Shown one piece after another: positions 46,934 through 59,141 of a stretch of DNA of 64,000 nt. Under the pieces are notes generated by a model. It made no database searches, had not been told where the DNA came from, and saw nothing but the letters and a program-made list of their open reading frames with translations. Positions within the stretch are counted from its first letter, which is position 1; each line of letters starts with the position of its first letter. The stretch spans positions 558,001 to 622,000 of the forward strand of contig BAAIJX010000009.1 in assembly GCA_054600435.1 (NCBI GenBank), read 5' to 3'. This DNA comes from Neophaeotheca triangularis (taxonomy: Eukaryota). Made by a program: the position numbers and the translations under genes.

Positions 46934-48989
46934 CTACCTCACCTCCCCCCCAACGTCAAAGCTCTCATCAAAAACCGGACTCCCCACCCTCCCCATAGCC
47001 TTAGCAGCACCCCCACAACAATCCCCCTCCTCCCCGTCCCACAATTCCTGGAATTTAATACTCCCATCACTCGTAGCACAAACAACGCCCCTGCCAAACG
47101 CGAGCCCGAAAAGCGCCCTCTCCTCCCCTGGCCACGCAATCCTAACCAAGGTCTCGCATCTCGGCCACGAGAACACCGCAACGCGGAAACTGTGGTCTGG
47201 CTGCGGGAAGCCGAACGTCGCGGCCAGAGCCCTGCGACGGCAGGAGGGGGGTGACCACAGGATGCTGGTGACTTGGGCCAGGCAGTCGATGGTTGAGATA
47301 GGCGAGCCGCTGTCGGTGTGGTAGACGTGGATGCAGCGGTCGTTGCTGCCGCCGCCCGCGGCGAGAAGCGAGGGCTGCCACGGGGCGAAGGCTAGGGCTT
47401 TGCAAGCCGCGCGCAGCTCGAAAGTGTGTTGGGCTGCTAGGTCGGTGAAGTCGGTTACCGTTTCGATGGACATAGGAAGAGTGGCGTTGTTGGTTGTGGT
47501 GAAGGAATTTGTGCCGTTGGTGTTTGCTTGGTCGGAGCTTCCGCTGGTGGAGGTTGCAACGTTGGTGTTGTCGCTCATGCGGCGTAGCCGGCGGACATCG
47601 AGAGCAGGCTGGGCGATTTGGTAGGTGGAAAAGAGTTGGATCTTGTTGTCGTTGCCGCCACTGGCGAAGTGGCCGCCCGTGATTGTCCATGCCAGACCGC
47701 AGAGTTGTTGGCTGTGACACTTGATTCGTGCGAGGAGTGTGAGACTGCCATTCCAATCGTAAAGATCGCGGTCGCTTGGCGAGGGCCACTGTATGCAATA
47801 GAAGTATACTGTACCCTCTTCGTCCCCAACTATCAAGTCTTTGGTTTCTGCCTTTTGCGTTGGATCGCGGATGGATGGTCTGCTGACTGAGTTTGGACTG
47901 AATGCTAGGCACGAGATTGGACTTTGTAATTGGGTGTTCAGGCGGGTCGATGTCTCTTGGGGTGACCAGATAGAGAGCCTGCCATCAGAACGGCCGATGG
48001 CGAGGATGGCTTGGTCGTCGTTGGTCGCAGAGAATGAGAGCGAGGTTATGTGCGCGATGTCACCGGGAGGGGCGGGGAGGCATTGCTGCAAGTCCGCCTG
48101 CTGTGGCATGGTGCGGGGATCCGACTAGAGATATACCTGCGCTCCTAGACCTACAGCGATGCAGCCGGCGACTTTTGAGTAAGCCAGCAGGGAGCAGTAG
48201 TAGTCGTCGCGCAGACCAGACGCCTCCAGTACACGATACGGAACAGTCGGAATTGGCCTTGGGGCACGGTTGGTGTAAGACTGGACTTTGGATAATGTCT
48301 TAGCTGTGGTGTCAGATTGACTGGTGTGAGCTCAACACACCTGGTGATAGATCTGGCATCCATTTCCCCCTCCTGTATATGTACTTCCGACCAAAGCTGT
48401 CCACCGGCGCGTGTTCAGCCAGCGGTTTAGGCTTCTTGACTGGTGACAGTAGTTGCATCGACGCAGCGAGCCGACGCCAGTGTCTACTCCTCTGCTCTTG
48501 TCTTGCTGCATCTTGTCTACTTGCTTCATGTCCGAGAAAAGTGGACGGGTCGGGTGGGTACTCGTTTAATCCAAGAAAGGTCGCATAGTGGTGCTCAGCT
48601 GTCGAACCGCTTGTGGTGAAGCCTCCACGGCCATCAGAAATCGCTGGCACGACATCCGTCACCGCGGTACCACCTACCAGCCACACTGTCCCGGCGCTTG
48701 CTTGACGTGTTGGGGCTTCGACGATGCTGGGGTACGCCGGCAGAGTGGAGGAGACAGGAGCGCGATCACCTAAACGCTCTTCTCGACGTATGCTCGGTAT
48801 ATTCGCTTGAGAGAAATGTGAGGTTTCTAGGTATGTTTCCAATGCATTGCAGTCGCCTCCAAAGTCAAAGATGTTATCGAGATGCTGGGGATTCTGCATT
48901 GATTGACGTCCGGACGGAGGCTTCTGCGGGGAGCGAAGGGGGCGAGGAAGGCGGGCACGAGACGCTGGTCCAGGGTGGTGGTGAAGCAT
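46934..48989 (-). CDS. AMA1: Ama1/Cdc20-family WD40 APC/C activator with one in-frame TAG (48125-48127)
   Basis: Short intron 48304-48340, then PTVPYRVLEASGLRDDYYCSLLAYS...IAVGLGAQVYL*SD, HSQQLCGLAW, FASGGNDN, AACKALAFAPWQPSLLAAGGGSNDRCIH and QVTSILWS, ending in an IR-tail-like EVR. The start codon is uncertain. Confidence 0.85.
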
Positions 48990-49286
48990 GTTGGGCCAGA
49001 CAAAGCAACAGATACGATGCCGCTGTATTAATGGTTGCCACGCCCGTGGCTCGCGAGACTGTTAGGATGAGACAGCGGACTGTAAAGAATCGAGATGTAG
49101 AAGTTGGACCACAACGGAGATTGGAAAGACTGACGCGTCGGAGCCGAGAAGCGGATTCAGGCAGGTAGACGTTTTGCCCTTTCCTTCGATTTCATGGGCA
49201 ATTCCACCAGTTAAAGCTTATGCGGGTAGTACCTGCTCGCTTTGAGACTACTTCGACCTCTCGACGACCGATCTCGCTTGGTCGCT

Positions 49287-50336
49287 TCAGAAGTTGCTGG
49301 GAAAATCCATATCAACTACCCATGCCGCGTTTATGGGCTTATACTTGACATCCATGATAGCGGCGTTAACAAGCAGTGTTTCTTCTCCCCTTTTCAAAGA
49401 TTTACCAGCGTCTTCTGAAACATTCGCAAACGCAGCGCGTTCCTTCTTTACAGCATCAAGGCCTCCGTGAGACGAGGAGGCTCTTGGGCTTTCGTCTACA
49501 ACGCTCGAGACCCAGCCACCGGGCGCTCCCACGTCGACACTGCCGGCGTTACCAGAGATCTGGTCTTGTGGAGCCCAGCCTACCTTACGTGCTCCCCATC
49601 CCTCGTGAATGTGACCGAAACAATGTAGCAAAGGTCGCGATCGCGCCAGCGCATTGAGGAGATGCTTGCATCCAGCGTCCACACCACTGTCAGTTCCATC
49701 CATAATCTGCCAAGGCGGACCATGAGTCATCATTACGTCGATTGGACGCTCTGATGAACTGAAAGCAGGTACGGGCTTGACTGCAATATTCTTGGCGCCA
49801 GGTAGAGAGCTCTCCGGTGGGTTAAAACGGTCTTCGTCATGCTCATAGGGAAAGCCCCAATCGAGGAACTCGGGCGTGTAGGGATTGGCGTAGACTTTGA
49901 CGGAAGCACCATTAGGCAAATCAACGAGATGAACACCTTCATCGAGGAAAGTGATGCCTTCGCTTTCCGCTCTACCACCGGGTGAGGTCCAAAGATCCCG
50001 CATGCGCTGCCACTTTACTACAACTTCGTCCTCGGAGCTTTGCTCACGGTGCGACAGAAGGAAGTACTTGTCTAGTGACAAGTCATGGTTGCCGGCAATT
50101 ACCAGCTTCACTGGTGCATCGATTTCTCTGAGCATGTCGAGACATTGGTGATACTCTCCCTCTTCACCCGTGTGAGTAAGATCGCCACAGTGAATCAGGA
50201 GGTCTGCAGACGGGAGTGGCGATTCGAAAGGAGGCGTTGGATAGGTGCTGAGTCCGCCTTCCCTCTTTGAAAGAGCGGCACAGTGGGTGTCGGAGATGAT
50301 GAGAACGCGGGTCTTTACCGTAGCGGTCTTCGCCAT
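49287..50336 (-). CDS. Calcineurin-like metallophosphoesterase (MPPED-type)
   Basis: Motifs IISDTH, IHCGDLT, IAGNHD, THGPP and HCFGHIHE. Likely ATG at 50336. Confidence 0.92.
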   Translation of the reverse strand: MAKTATVKTRVLIISDTHCAALSKREGGLSTYPTPPFESPLPSADLLIHCGDLTHTGEEGEYHQCLDMLREIDAPVKLVIAGNHDLSLDKYFLLSHREQSSEDEVVVKWQRMRDLWTSPGGRAESEGITFLDEGVHLVDLPNGASVKVYANPYTPEFLDWGFPYEHDEDRFNPPESSLPGAKNIAVKPVPAFSSSERPIDVMMTHGPPWQIMDGTDSGVDAGCKHLLNALARSRPLLHCFGHIHEGWGARKVGWAPQDQISGNAGSVDVGAPGGWVSSVVDESPRASSSHGGLDAVKKERAAFANVSEDAGKSLKRGEETLLVNAAIMDVKYKPINAAWVVDMDFPSNF

Positions 50337-50731
50337 GGCTGCAGGCGCGTTGCGAACGAATGTCGAAAGTGACCGACTTACTGTAAATGTCAAGATCGTA
50401 GGGATGAGAATCAAGGCTGGGCTGCATTCGTGGGAGGTGTTGGGCTTCCAAGTACCTTTTCGGTCATAGAAGGACAGAACACATTCATGGGAAACGAGGT
50501 GTCTGGTTGGTGTGTCGTCGAGCAAGTCGCTCTGCTCTCTTACTTATCCTCCACTTGCAGCCGGCGTTCAGCCGACAAGCGAGCCCGCACCCGCGCTAGC
50601 GTGAAATTCTTGGCAAACTTCGAAAAAGCCCACCGCAAAGTGCAGCTCCATCTCGTCCATCTCTTAGATCTAGCAGCAAGGACGTCGCTCTCCGCCCAAC
50701 ACCACCTACCTCCCACCGCGACACCGCCAGG

Positions 50732-51631
50732 ATGAAGCTCAACATCTCCTACCCCGCCAACGGGTCGCAAAAGCTCATCGACATTGAAGATGACCGCAAG
50801 CTGCGCGTCTTCATGGACCGTCGCATGGGCCAGGAAGTCCAAGGCGACAGCGTCGGTGACGAGTTCAAGGGCTACGTCTTCAAGATCACCGGCGGCAACG
50901 ACAAGCAGGGTTTCCCCATGAAGCAGGGTGTCATGCACCCAACCCGTGTCCGCCTGCTTCTCGCCGAAGGCCACTCGTGCTACCGCCCCCGTCGCACTGG
51001 TGAGCGCAAGAGAAAGAGTGTTAGGGGATGCATTGTCGGCATGGACTTGGCTGTTCTCGCTCTGTCCATCATCAAGCAGGGCGACAACGACATTCCTGGC
51101 TTGACGGATACCGTGCACCCGAAGCGCCTTGGGCCCAAGCGTGCCACCAAGATCCGCCGCTTCTTCGGTCTCAGCAAGGAAGACGATGTGAGTTCTCTCC
51201 CCGTAGAGGCTCTATTCCTCTTCGCCAGCCTCCATAAAGCCTATCATGGGCGGGAGTGCTGAGTCTGAGTTAAGGGATAAAAGTTTTGCTGACTGAGATG
51301 CTGCTACAGGTCCGCAAGTTCGTCATTCGCCGTGAGGTTCAGCCCAAGAAGGAGGGCGCGAAGCCTTACACCAAGGCTCCTCGCATCCAGCGTCTCGTCA
51401 CCCCCCAGCGTCTCCAGCACAAGCGCCACAGGATCGCACTCAAGCGCCGCCAAGCCGAGGCCTCCAAGGACGCTGCCGTAAGTTGTTGCCGAGAACTTAC
51501 CGCCACATGAAGATCCATACTAATGCTCTACACAGAACGAGTACGCTCAGATTATGCACAAGCGTGTCTCCGAGGAGAAGGCCAAGCAGGCCGAGATCAG
51601 GAAGAGGCGTGCTTCCAGCATGCACAAGTAG
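50732..51631 (+). CDS. RPS6: 40S ribosomal protein eS6
   Basis: [14 protein letters not shown]...[14 protein letters not shown]...[10 protein letters not shown]; introns 51188-51309 and 51478-51535; C-terminal RRASSM phosphorylation motif. Confidence 0.98.
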
Positions 51632-52188
51632 AGAATTCCAGCGGGCTCCGTGGTGAATTAAAAGCAGTGATACCAAAGTCTCGATCCCGCCGCAACGACG
51701 GTAGTGAGACGGATTGTGATATGTGCTGCACTCTGCTAGCAAAAGCAACGGCGTTAGGGAGACGAGATAGCAGTCCTAGATATTGCTGTACCCTTAGCGT
51801 CTACAGGATTTCAACTTCAAACAACCTTCATGTTCAGTTCTTGTGATGCGGTCAAACATCAATACACATCGTAACATCCCGTGTGAGTGTGACCCATGGA
51901 TCTGTTCTTGTCACATTCATCCAAGTTTATTGTCATATTATGGCTACCGAAAAGGGTAAGCTTCGGGGACAGCCGGCCCGTGATTAGCGGGTGTCAAAGG
52001 TCGACTTCAAATCTTCCACCTCGGTGAGAGAAGCAAGACCTGGAGCTACATCGACCATGAACAAAACGTTGTCCATATCCCCACGAGTACCTTACCTCTT
52101 CCTGAGCAAGAAGCCGCCTTGAAGGCGCATCTTTTGCTGTCCATCCTTCGACCTTCTTTACTAACCTCCGGCTTCAGTGGCCCCAAAG

Positions 52189-53273
52189 ATGGCTACAAAC
52201 TCGATCAAGCTCTTGACCGGCAACAGTCATGGGCAGCTGGCCAAGCTCGTTGCAGACCGGTATGGATACACGCGCTGGAGCGAATGAGAGGCGGGAGGTC
52301 ATACTAATATGCGTCGCAAAGACTGGGCATCGAGCTGGCCAAGATCATGGTCCTGCAGTACTCCAACAACGAGAGCAGCATCTCCATTGGCGAAAGTGTG
52401 CGAGATGAGGATGGTAAAGCAGCCTGCCCTATCTTTTACACCCCTCACCTACTGACATGCCTGCTCCAAGTCTTTATCCTCCAATCCACCGATCCAGGCA
52501 ACATCAACGACCACATCATGGAGCTCCTCATCCTGATCAACGCCTGCCGCACCGCCAGCGCCCGCCGCATCACAGCCGTCCTCCCCAACTTCCCCTACGC
52601 ACGACAAGATAAAAAGGACAAATCTCGCGCCCCAATCACCGCCAAACTTATGGCCAACATGCTGCAAACAGCCGGCTGCAACCACGTCATAACCATGGAC
52701 CTGCACGCTAGCCAAATCCAAGGCTTCTTCAACGTCCCCGTTGACAACCTCTATGCCGAACCCTCGACCCTCCGCTGGATCCGTGAGAACCTCCGCGTCC
52801 AAGACTGCGTCATCGTCTCCCCCGACGCCGGCGGCGCCAAACGCGCAACCTCCATCGCCGATGGCCTTGACCTGGGCTTCGCTCTTATCCACAAGGAGCG
52901 CGCCCGCCCCAACGAAGTCAGCCGCATGGTGCTGGTCGGCGACGTCAGCGACCGCATCGCCATCATCGTCGACGACATGGCCGACACTTGCGGCACACTC
53001 TGCAAAGCCGCCGACGTGGTCATGAACCACGGAGCTTCGGAAGCCATCGCCATTGTCACACACGGCATCTTGTCCGGCAAAGCCATCGACCACCTGAACA
53101 ACAGCCGGTTGACAAAAATCGTCGTCACCAACACCGTGCCGCATGAGGATAAAAAGGCGGTTTGCAGCAAGATTGAGACGATTGATATTTCCCCCACCCT
53201 CGCAGAGGCGTGTAGGCGGACGCACAACGGGGAGAGCGTCAGTTTTCTGTTCAAGCACGCGCCACTTGATTAG
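52189..53273 (+). CDS. PRS3: Ribose-phosphate pyrophosphokinase (PRPP synthetase), Prs3-like
   Basis: [14 protein letters not shown] start; introns 52260-52321 and 52414-52470. Motifs [31 protein letters not shown] and [11 protein letters not shown]. Paralog assignment rests on N-terminal resemblance. Confidence 0.9.
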
Positions 53274-53919
53274 GTGTCAGGCGGGCAAGGGGCATTGTTG
53301 GGGTTAAAGGGAAGCATGAGGTGTGGACGAGAAGCGTAGCTTTTTTTTTTTCAATTAGGTCACAAGGAATACCCGTTTGAATGGCTTTGATGCCGCTGGG
53401 AATAACATCAGATTTGATGGTTTGCAATGGTCCTCCCCGCTTTACCTTCCCTCGGTGATTTCTCCCTATGGTAAGCGCTGCTATCGCTCTTCATGAGCAC
53501 AAGCGCACAAAACACTTCTAGACTGCGGTCCCCCTTGCTAGCATCGAGATCCGAACAAGAAACGAAAAGAAAAAGAGCATCATAAAGCACCATAACACAG
53601 AAGGAACTACCCCCTCACTCCATCAATCGCAACCACGACTAACACAAGTAGCCATAAAACCAAGGTACACCTATACAGACAGCCAACCACCCATCCAGGA
53701 CCCGCCCCTCTCACCGCCCCCTTCCCTCTCGCCATCAAGGCACCTCCCCATTTAGCGCGAAACTCTCAACATCGCGGGAACCCCGGCCCTCTCGAGCAAA
53801 GACGGCCGCCGCAGCAACTGGTAAATCACCCCCCGACCTCGTCATTGCCGCCCGTGCGAGCGATGGAAAAGACTCGGCTAAAGGGAACGCTGCTGCGGGT
53901 TTTGATGGGCGAGAAATGA

Positions 53920-54260
53920 TGGTTTGTTTGTTCGCTTGTTCGTTTGTTCGCTTATCTAGCTGTCTGTCTGGGTGTCTGGGTGTCTGGGTGTCTGGGTGTC
54001 TGGGTGTCTGGCTGGCTGGCTGGCTGGCTAACTGGCTGTCTGTCTGGCTGTCTGGCTGACTAGCTGGCTGGCTGGCTGTCTGTCTGGCTGTCTGGCTGAC
54101 TAGCTGGCTGGCTGGCTGGCTGTCTGTCTGTCTGTCTGGCTGTCTGTGTCTATCTGGCTGTCCGTCTATCCGTCTACGTTTGTCCAGCTGTCCATCTATC
54201 CATCCACGTCCATCCAGCTGCCCATCTATCCGTCCATGTCTGCCCATCCATCTCCCTACC
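53920..54260. repeat. Compound microsatellite tract
   Basis: Successive (TTTG), (CTGT), (CTGGGTGT)x5, (CTGG)n, a duplicated ~40-nt CTGTCTGGCTG..ACTAGCTGG unit and (CCAT/CTAT)-like units. Confidence 0.9.
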
Positions 54261-54919
54261 TACCAGACTACCTCCCCGCTTCAACCAGGCCACCGCTGGA
54301 AAGAAAAAACAGAACATCTCAATCTCTTCAATCCCAAATCTCAGGCTGTGACTCAGTCCAACCGGCAGGAAATTTGCCAGCGTCCCGGGCGTGCCGGCTG
54401 ATGGGGGGGAAGGGAGCAGGGGAAACGGGAAATGTCGTCGCTTGGTTGTCTCTTCGACTCCTTCAGGAGACTGAGGTAGGTGTCGTAGGCTGTGTGTGTT
54501 GTCTACGTTGTGGTAGTGGTAAGGGGGGTGGGGGGGGTGTTTTTCTTGCTGCTTGCTTTGAAAAGCGCGGGGTTAGATGGCTAAGGATGGGTGAGATGGG
54601 GGCCGGTGGGAGCGGGAGGAGATGTGTCGCTTCGCGTGCGTATGAAGTAGCAGGGCTGGTGTAACGCGGGAGGGGAAGGGGGCGTAGGAGATCAAGGGGA
54701 ATTTTGAAGGATAGAGTTCAGGAAGAAGGGGGAAAGGAAGGACAAAGCTTGTCACAATTGCGCGCACTATATCGTGCGTGGCTTTCTTGGGAGTGAGAGA
54801 GTGTCCTAAAGCTATCGGGGCACGTAGCTGATCTGACAAGCGAGACCGGCAGCCGCCTATCGCTTCTCACTCTTTGCTTTCGCGCGAACGAACTAAACCG
54901 CAAAAACTTTCCAGCGTCC

Positions 54920-56961
54920 TTAATACCTCCCTTCCCGCTTCTCCCCATCCCGGCCACTCTTCACGCACCCCTCGTTTCGCTCCTTGATCAAATCTGCCGC
55001 CTTCTCCGCGACAGCATAAACCGTCGCTTGCAAGTGCGTAGCCGGGATCAACGGCATCACGCTCGCGTCGACAATACTCAGCTTCTCCAGGCCGTAGACT
55101 TTGAGAGAGGGGTCGACGACGCCGCCGAGCGCGAGCGGCATCATGGGACAAGCGCAGGACGGGTGCGCGAAACTCGGGCCCATGTTTTGACGTGCCCAGA
55201 GCTCTAGATCCGGACGGGAGGTGATGTTGCCCGGCGGGGAGAGGGGGGAGGGGGAGAGGGGTGCGAGCACGGGGGAGGCGAAGTAGCGTTGGGTGAATTG
55301 GAGCATGCTGACTGCGAGTTCGGGGTCGATGGGGTTTGCAAAGGCGTTGAAGTCGACGATGGGGAGGCCGTGGGGGTTGGAAGGGTCGAGGGAGATGCTG
55401 CCCCGGCTGAAGGGGCGTTCCATGGCGTTTGCCGGGGTGGAGCCGCCGTTGAAGGGGAGCTCGTACATGGCGGAATCGGTTTGGCCGAGGTTGCGCGATA
55501 GGATGGCGTGTTGTTTTGCGTAGCCCGAGAGGAGGGTTGGCGAGGTGGTGTAGAGGGGGGGCAGGTTGGCGGTTGTGTTTTGTGCGGCTAGGGAGGAGAG
55601 GATGGCGTCGGTGTGGTCTGGATCGATGTCGCGGAGGGTTAGGAAGGCGGCGCTGTTGCCTCGGGCTTGGATCCAAGCGCCGCTCGCGTTGGCGTAGTAG
55701 AGGGCTTCTTGCTCGGCGTTGTAGGTGGCGTTGGTGAAGAGGGAGTCGGGCTGGGGGAAGTAGGGCTCGGTCGTGTAGTTCCAAGCGAGGTAAGCGGTTG
55801 GGTGGTCTTGGAAGTTGGAGCCGACGCCGGGCAGGTCGTGGACGACTTCGATGCCGGCTTCTTCAAGCATAGCCGCTGGGCCTACGCCAGAAACTTGTAG
55901 CACATTGGGCGAGAAAATGGGACCGGCGGCGAGAATGACTTCGAGCGAGGCTTTGGCTGAGGTGGTTTCGTTGGTTTCACGGTTGGTCATGACGATGCCC
56001 TCGGCGGTCTTGCCATCGAATGTGATTTTGTCGACCTGATCGACCAGTTAGCCGGATCGTTGCCACACGCAGCTCTCGTTGCAAGCTTACCTTTGTCCCG
56101 GTGATGAGATGAAGGTTCGGGCGGTAGGCAATGGGATCGTAGTAAGCCGTTCTGGCACTCGAGCGGGTCATATCACTCGGGTCTTCCGAGGCAGGTACCC
56201 AGAATACACCAATGGCCGAGCCGTCCGCTCCCTCACGAGGATAGGGGATGCCGGGATTAACTTCCCTAAAAGCCTCCCACATGAGAGACTGGTAGGGCTC
56301 GTATTGGAAAGGCGCGAGCGTAGCATGCACGGGCCCCTCAGTCCCCCAGGCTTCGACATTGTAGGTGTAGTTGAATTGCTCGATGTTGTAGTCGCTGGGC
56401 TCGCTGAAGTTGGTGCTCTTCCTAAAGTAGGGGAACAGACCCTCAAAATCCCAGCCCGGATTTCCTAGTTCTTCCCAGGCGTCGTAATCGGATGCAGCTG
56501 CGCGGTCGAAAAACATGCCTGAGATTGCTCGTTAGTCCGGAACACGGCAGTATGCTTGATCTGCCAACCTTACCATTGACAACGGATCCGCCTCCAACGA
56601 CGGCAGCCGTGAGGACGGGACTAGGCAAGCCATTCATATGCTCCAAAGGCGTAGACGTAATATTCCAAAGATCGCTCATGCGGTTGAAGTTTGCATAGTA
56701 TGGGATGAGAACGGTTTCGTTGTTGTCCAAGTAGCCGTACTCGACGACCAGCACGCTCACGTCAGGGTCTTCAGTTAAGCGGTTGGCGACGGTGAGAGCG
56801 GAGGTGCCGCCACCAACAATGACATAGTCGTAGCAGTCGTCGAGCGAGGAGGTGCTGTCGTGGTGGCGGTAGCCAGTGATGGGGTTTGGGATTGCGTTTG
56901 CGCCGAGAGAGAGCAAGGAGAGCAGCCCGCCAGTGATGAAGGAAGATTTGGAGGGTGCCAT
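54920..56961 (-). CDS. Secreted GMC oxidoreductase (AA3_2-like)
   Basis: Signal peptide, YDYVIVGGGTS (FAD-binding), VGGGSVVNGM, LQVSGVGP, PGVGSNFQDH, AHPSC and ATHLQATVYAVAEKAAD. Introns 56519-56573 and 56036-56090. Confidence 0.94.
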
Positions 56962-58050
56962 AGTGGATGGAGATAGATGGGAGGTGCAGGTGTAGGACGA
57001 AGAGAGCGGTACAAAGAGAGGTCGAAAGTAAACCTACCAGACGATAGTAATAAAGAGACGAAGCACGTTTCATGCACTTTTGTGGTCGGCTGTTGGGATA
57101 TAATACTGCATACTACTACTAATAATTGGCTCCCGGTAAACAAGAAGAGTCCCGATGCAGGTCGAGCAACGACTGGGTCCTGCCGTCCTACTCCTGCTGC
57201 CATAACAACTATATACTAGTACTAGTACTAGTAGTGATGCATCTCGCTGCATCTTGCATAGGCGAGGCGAATGGCTGACAATCACTGCCAAACCAATCCG
57301 CTACTCCGCTCCTAAACAGAACCTGAAGGTTTTAGCCATATTAATTACTAACCACCTTGAATGCCTGTGCCTAAATAAGGTCTTTTGTCGTAAGTGGTGG
57401 TGGTTAGCTGGACCGCGGTTCAGCTCACGCGAAATGCAACCTTGAGACCCTCGTCCTATACTAGTTTTCCCCCCTCCCGCCATACATAACTAGGTATGTT
57501 TTATTATCAAGGTATAGTAGCCCCAGTGGAGCCGCATCAACGTTAATCAAAATCCAAATGCGAGAGAAGCTTGAATTCTCCGGGTCGTGCGCCATTCCCG
57601 TTCACCGTTGCCGTGAACCTCAATCCCAGACGACGGAAGTCATTCGACCAAACCCGCTCGTTTCCCCGTCTTCCCAAAACTCTTCTCTTCCAACTCTCCC
57701 TTGATGCCGTTGAAATTGAACCGGGCCAAGACAACTAACCTATTGCATACTGTAGATACTAGTCGTCGTAACAAGCCCACCCCTCCTCCCGCCCCGTTAC
57801 GGCTCCATCCCCATCCGAGCGTAAAGTTCAAAGGACCCGCTCGCCGCGAGCCAGTGACAGCTCGCCCGAGTCTACTCCCACGACCCCGGGGGAGCTTTAC
57901 TTTTCCACTCACCATCAAGAGCTCTCTCTTCTGAAAAAAAAGAAGAAAATAAGCAAAAAGGCGACGTGATCAATCAAGACCATTGATAAGTCAAATAGTA
58001 GACAATCATCAGAGTCGAAAAATCCGTCCATCCAATTTCAAGAAGTTTTT

Positions 58051-58085
<35 letters not shown>

Positions 58086-58339
58086 AACATACCCTACCGT
58101 TTCGTACCGTACCATACTTCCCAAAGACAGCCGTTTCGAAAACATCAAACTCTCGCCCTAGCAGGCAAGGCAGTGGACAGCTACACAATCCACATCCCAA
58201 CCACCAAAACGAAGGACCGCTGCAACAGTGCAAACTCTCCCAGTTCAAGAAAAAGAAGAAGAAAAAAAGGCGCGAGAGAAAATCATGGATAACCCGAGTC
58301 GAGAATTATATCAATCCGATCGCAATCCATTATGCCCCG

Positions 58340-58512
58340 TCTATAGGCCATACATAGGCCATACATAGCCCACAGCCTACAACAGCCTACAACAGCCCAT
58401 AACAGCCCACAATAGCCTACAACAGCCCATAACAGCCCACAGCCCACAGCCCACAGCCCACAGCCCACAGCCCAAAGTACCTATCTAGTCAAGCAAGCAA
58501 GCAAGCAAGCAA
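58340..58512. repeat. Tandem repeat tract
   Basis: 10-nt ACAGCC(T/C)A(C/T)A units grading into (ACAGCCC)n, then (CAAG)n. A ~31-nt poly(A) lies at 58052-58082. Confidence 0.85.
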
Positions 58513-59141
58513 ATAAACACCCAAGTCACCCCCAGAAAACCCTCCCCCTCCTCATCCAAAACGAGGAAGCGGCCCCGTGAGAAATAGAAAACCCGCCGAT
58601 CCAACAAACCCACGAAAAAACACAAACTAACGCTCGCTCTCACGGGGGAGAGAAAAAAAAAAGATCATAGACCCAGCCAATCCCGTTCGAACATCAAGCA
58701 CATGCTTTCTTTTTTCTTTTAGGAGAGGGGGGAAAAAGAAAGAAATCAAAGTACACTTACTCCCGTCCGTGGGGCGAGAAAGGAGGAGTGGGGGGGAAAA
58801 TATAAGAAATAAATCATATCGTTTCGAGCATGGAACTTCGTGAGTAACGACGTCAAGCACCATCATCACCACCACCACCAACACCACCATCAGGCCCAAC
58901 ACAAAAGGAGGGAAGGGGCCCCTATGCTCCATCTCGCGGGCACGAGCTAGGGCCCAAGCTTGATCGAGCCGGTGCCCATTTCATCTTTGCCGTTGCTCCA
59001 AGATTGCCATCACCTCAGTGTAGCGTCCTTTGACTCTCCCCACCACATCCACCTCGCCCCTTCCATCCCATCCACCCCCTCCATCCCATCCACCCCCTTC
59101 ACCCCCTTCACCCCATTACACCCCCATCCCTACCCCTACCC

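Noticed and set aside
48125..48154. A tiny intron (GTATAT..TAG, 12 nt, or GTAGGT..TAG, 30 nt) that would remove the AMA1 stop codon
   Set aside because: Far below plausible spliceosomal intron size, lacks a CTRAY branch site and would delete the conserved AVGL...VYLW WD40 strand.
52449..53258. Long antisense ORFs opposite PRS, RPS6, RPL28, TRP2 and STE11
   Set aside because: Shadow ORFs expected from strong codon bias and high GC; they lack independent protein motifs.
58340..58512. Tandem repeats that might suggest a CRISPR-like array
   Set aside because: Units are 7-10 nt and contiguous with no unique spacers, so these are ordinary micro/minisatellites in a eukaryote.
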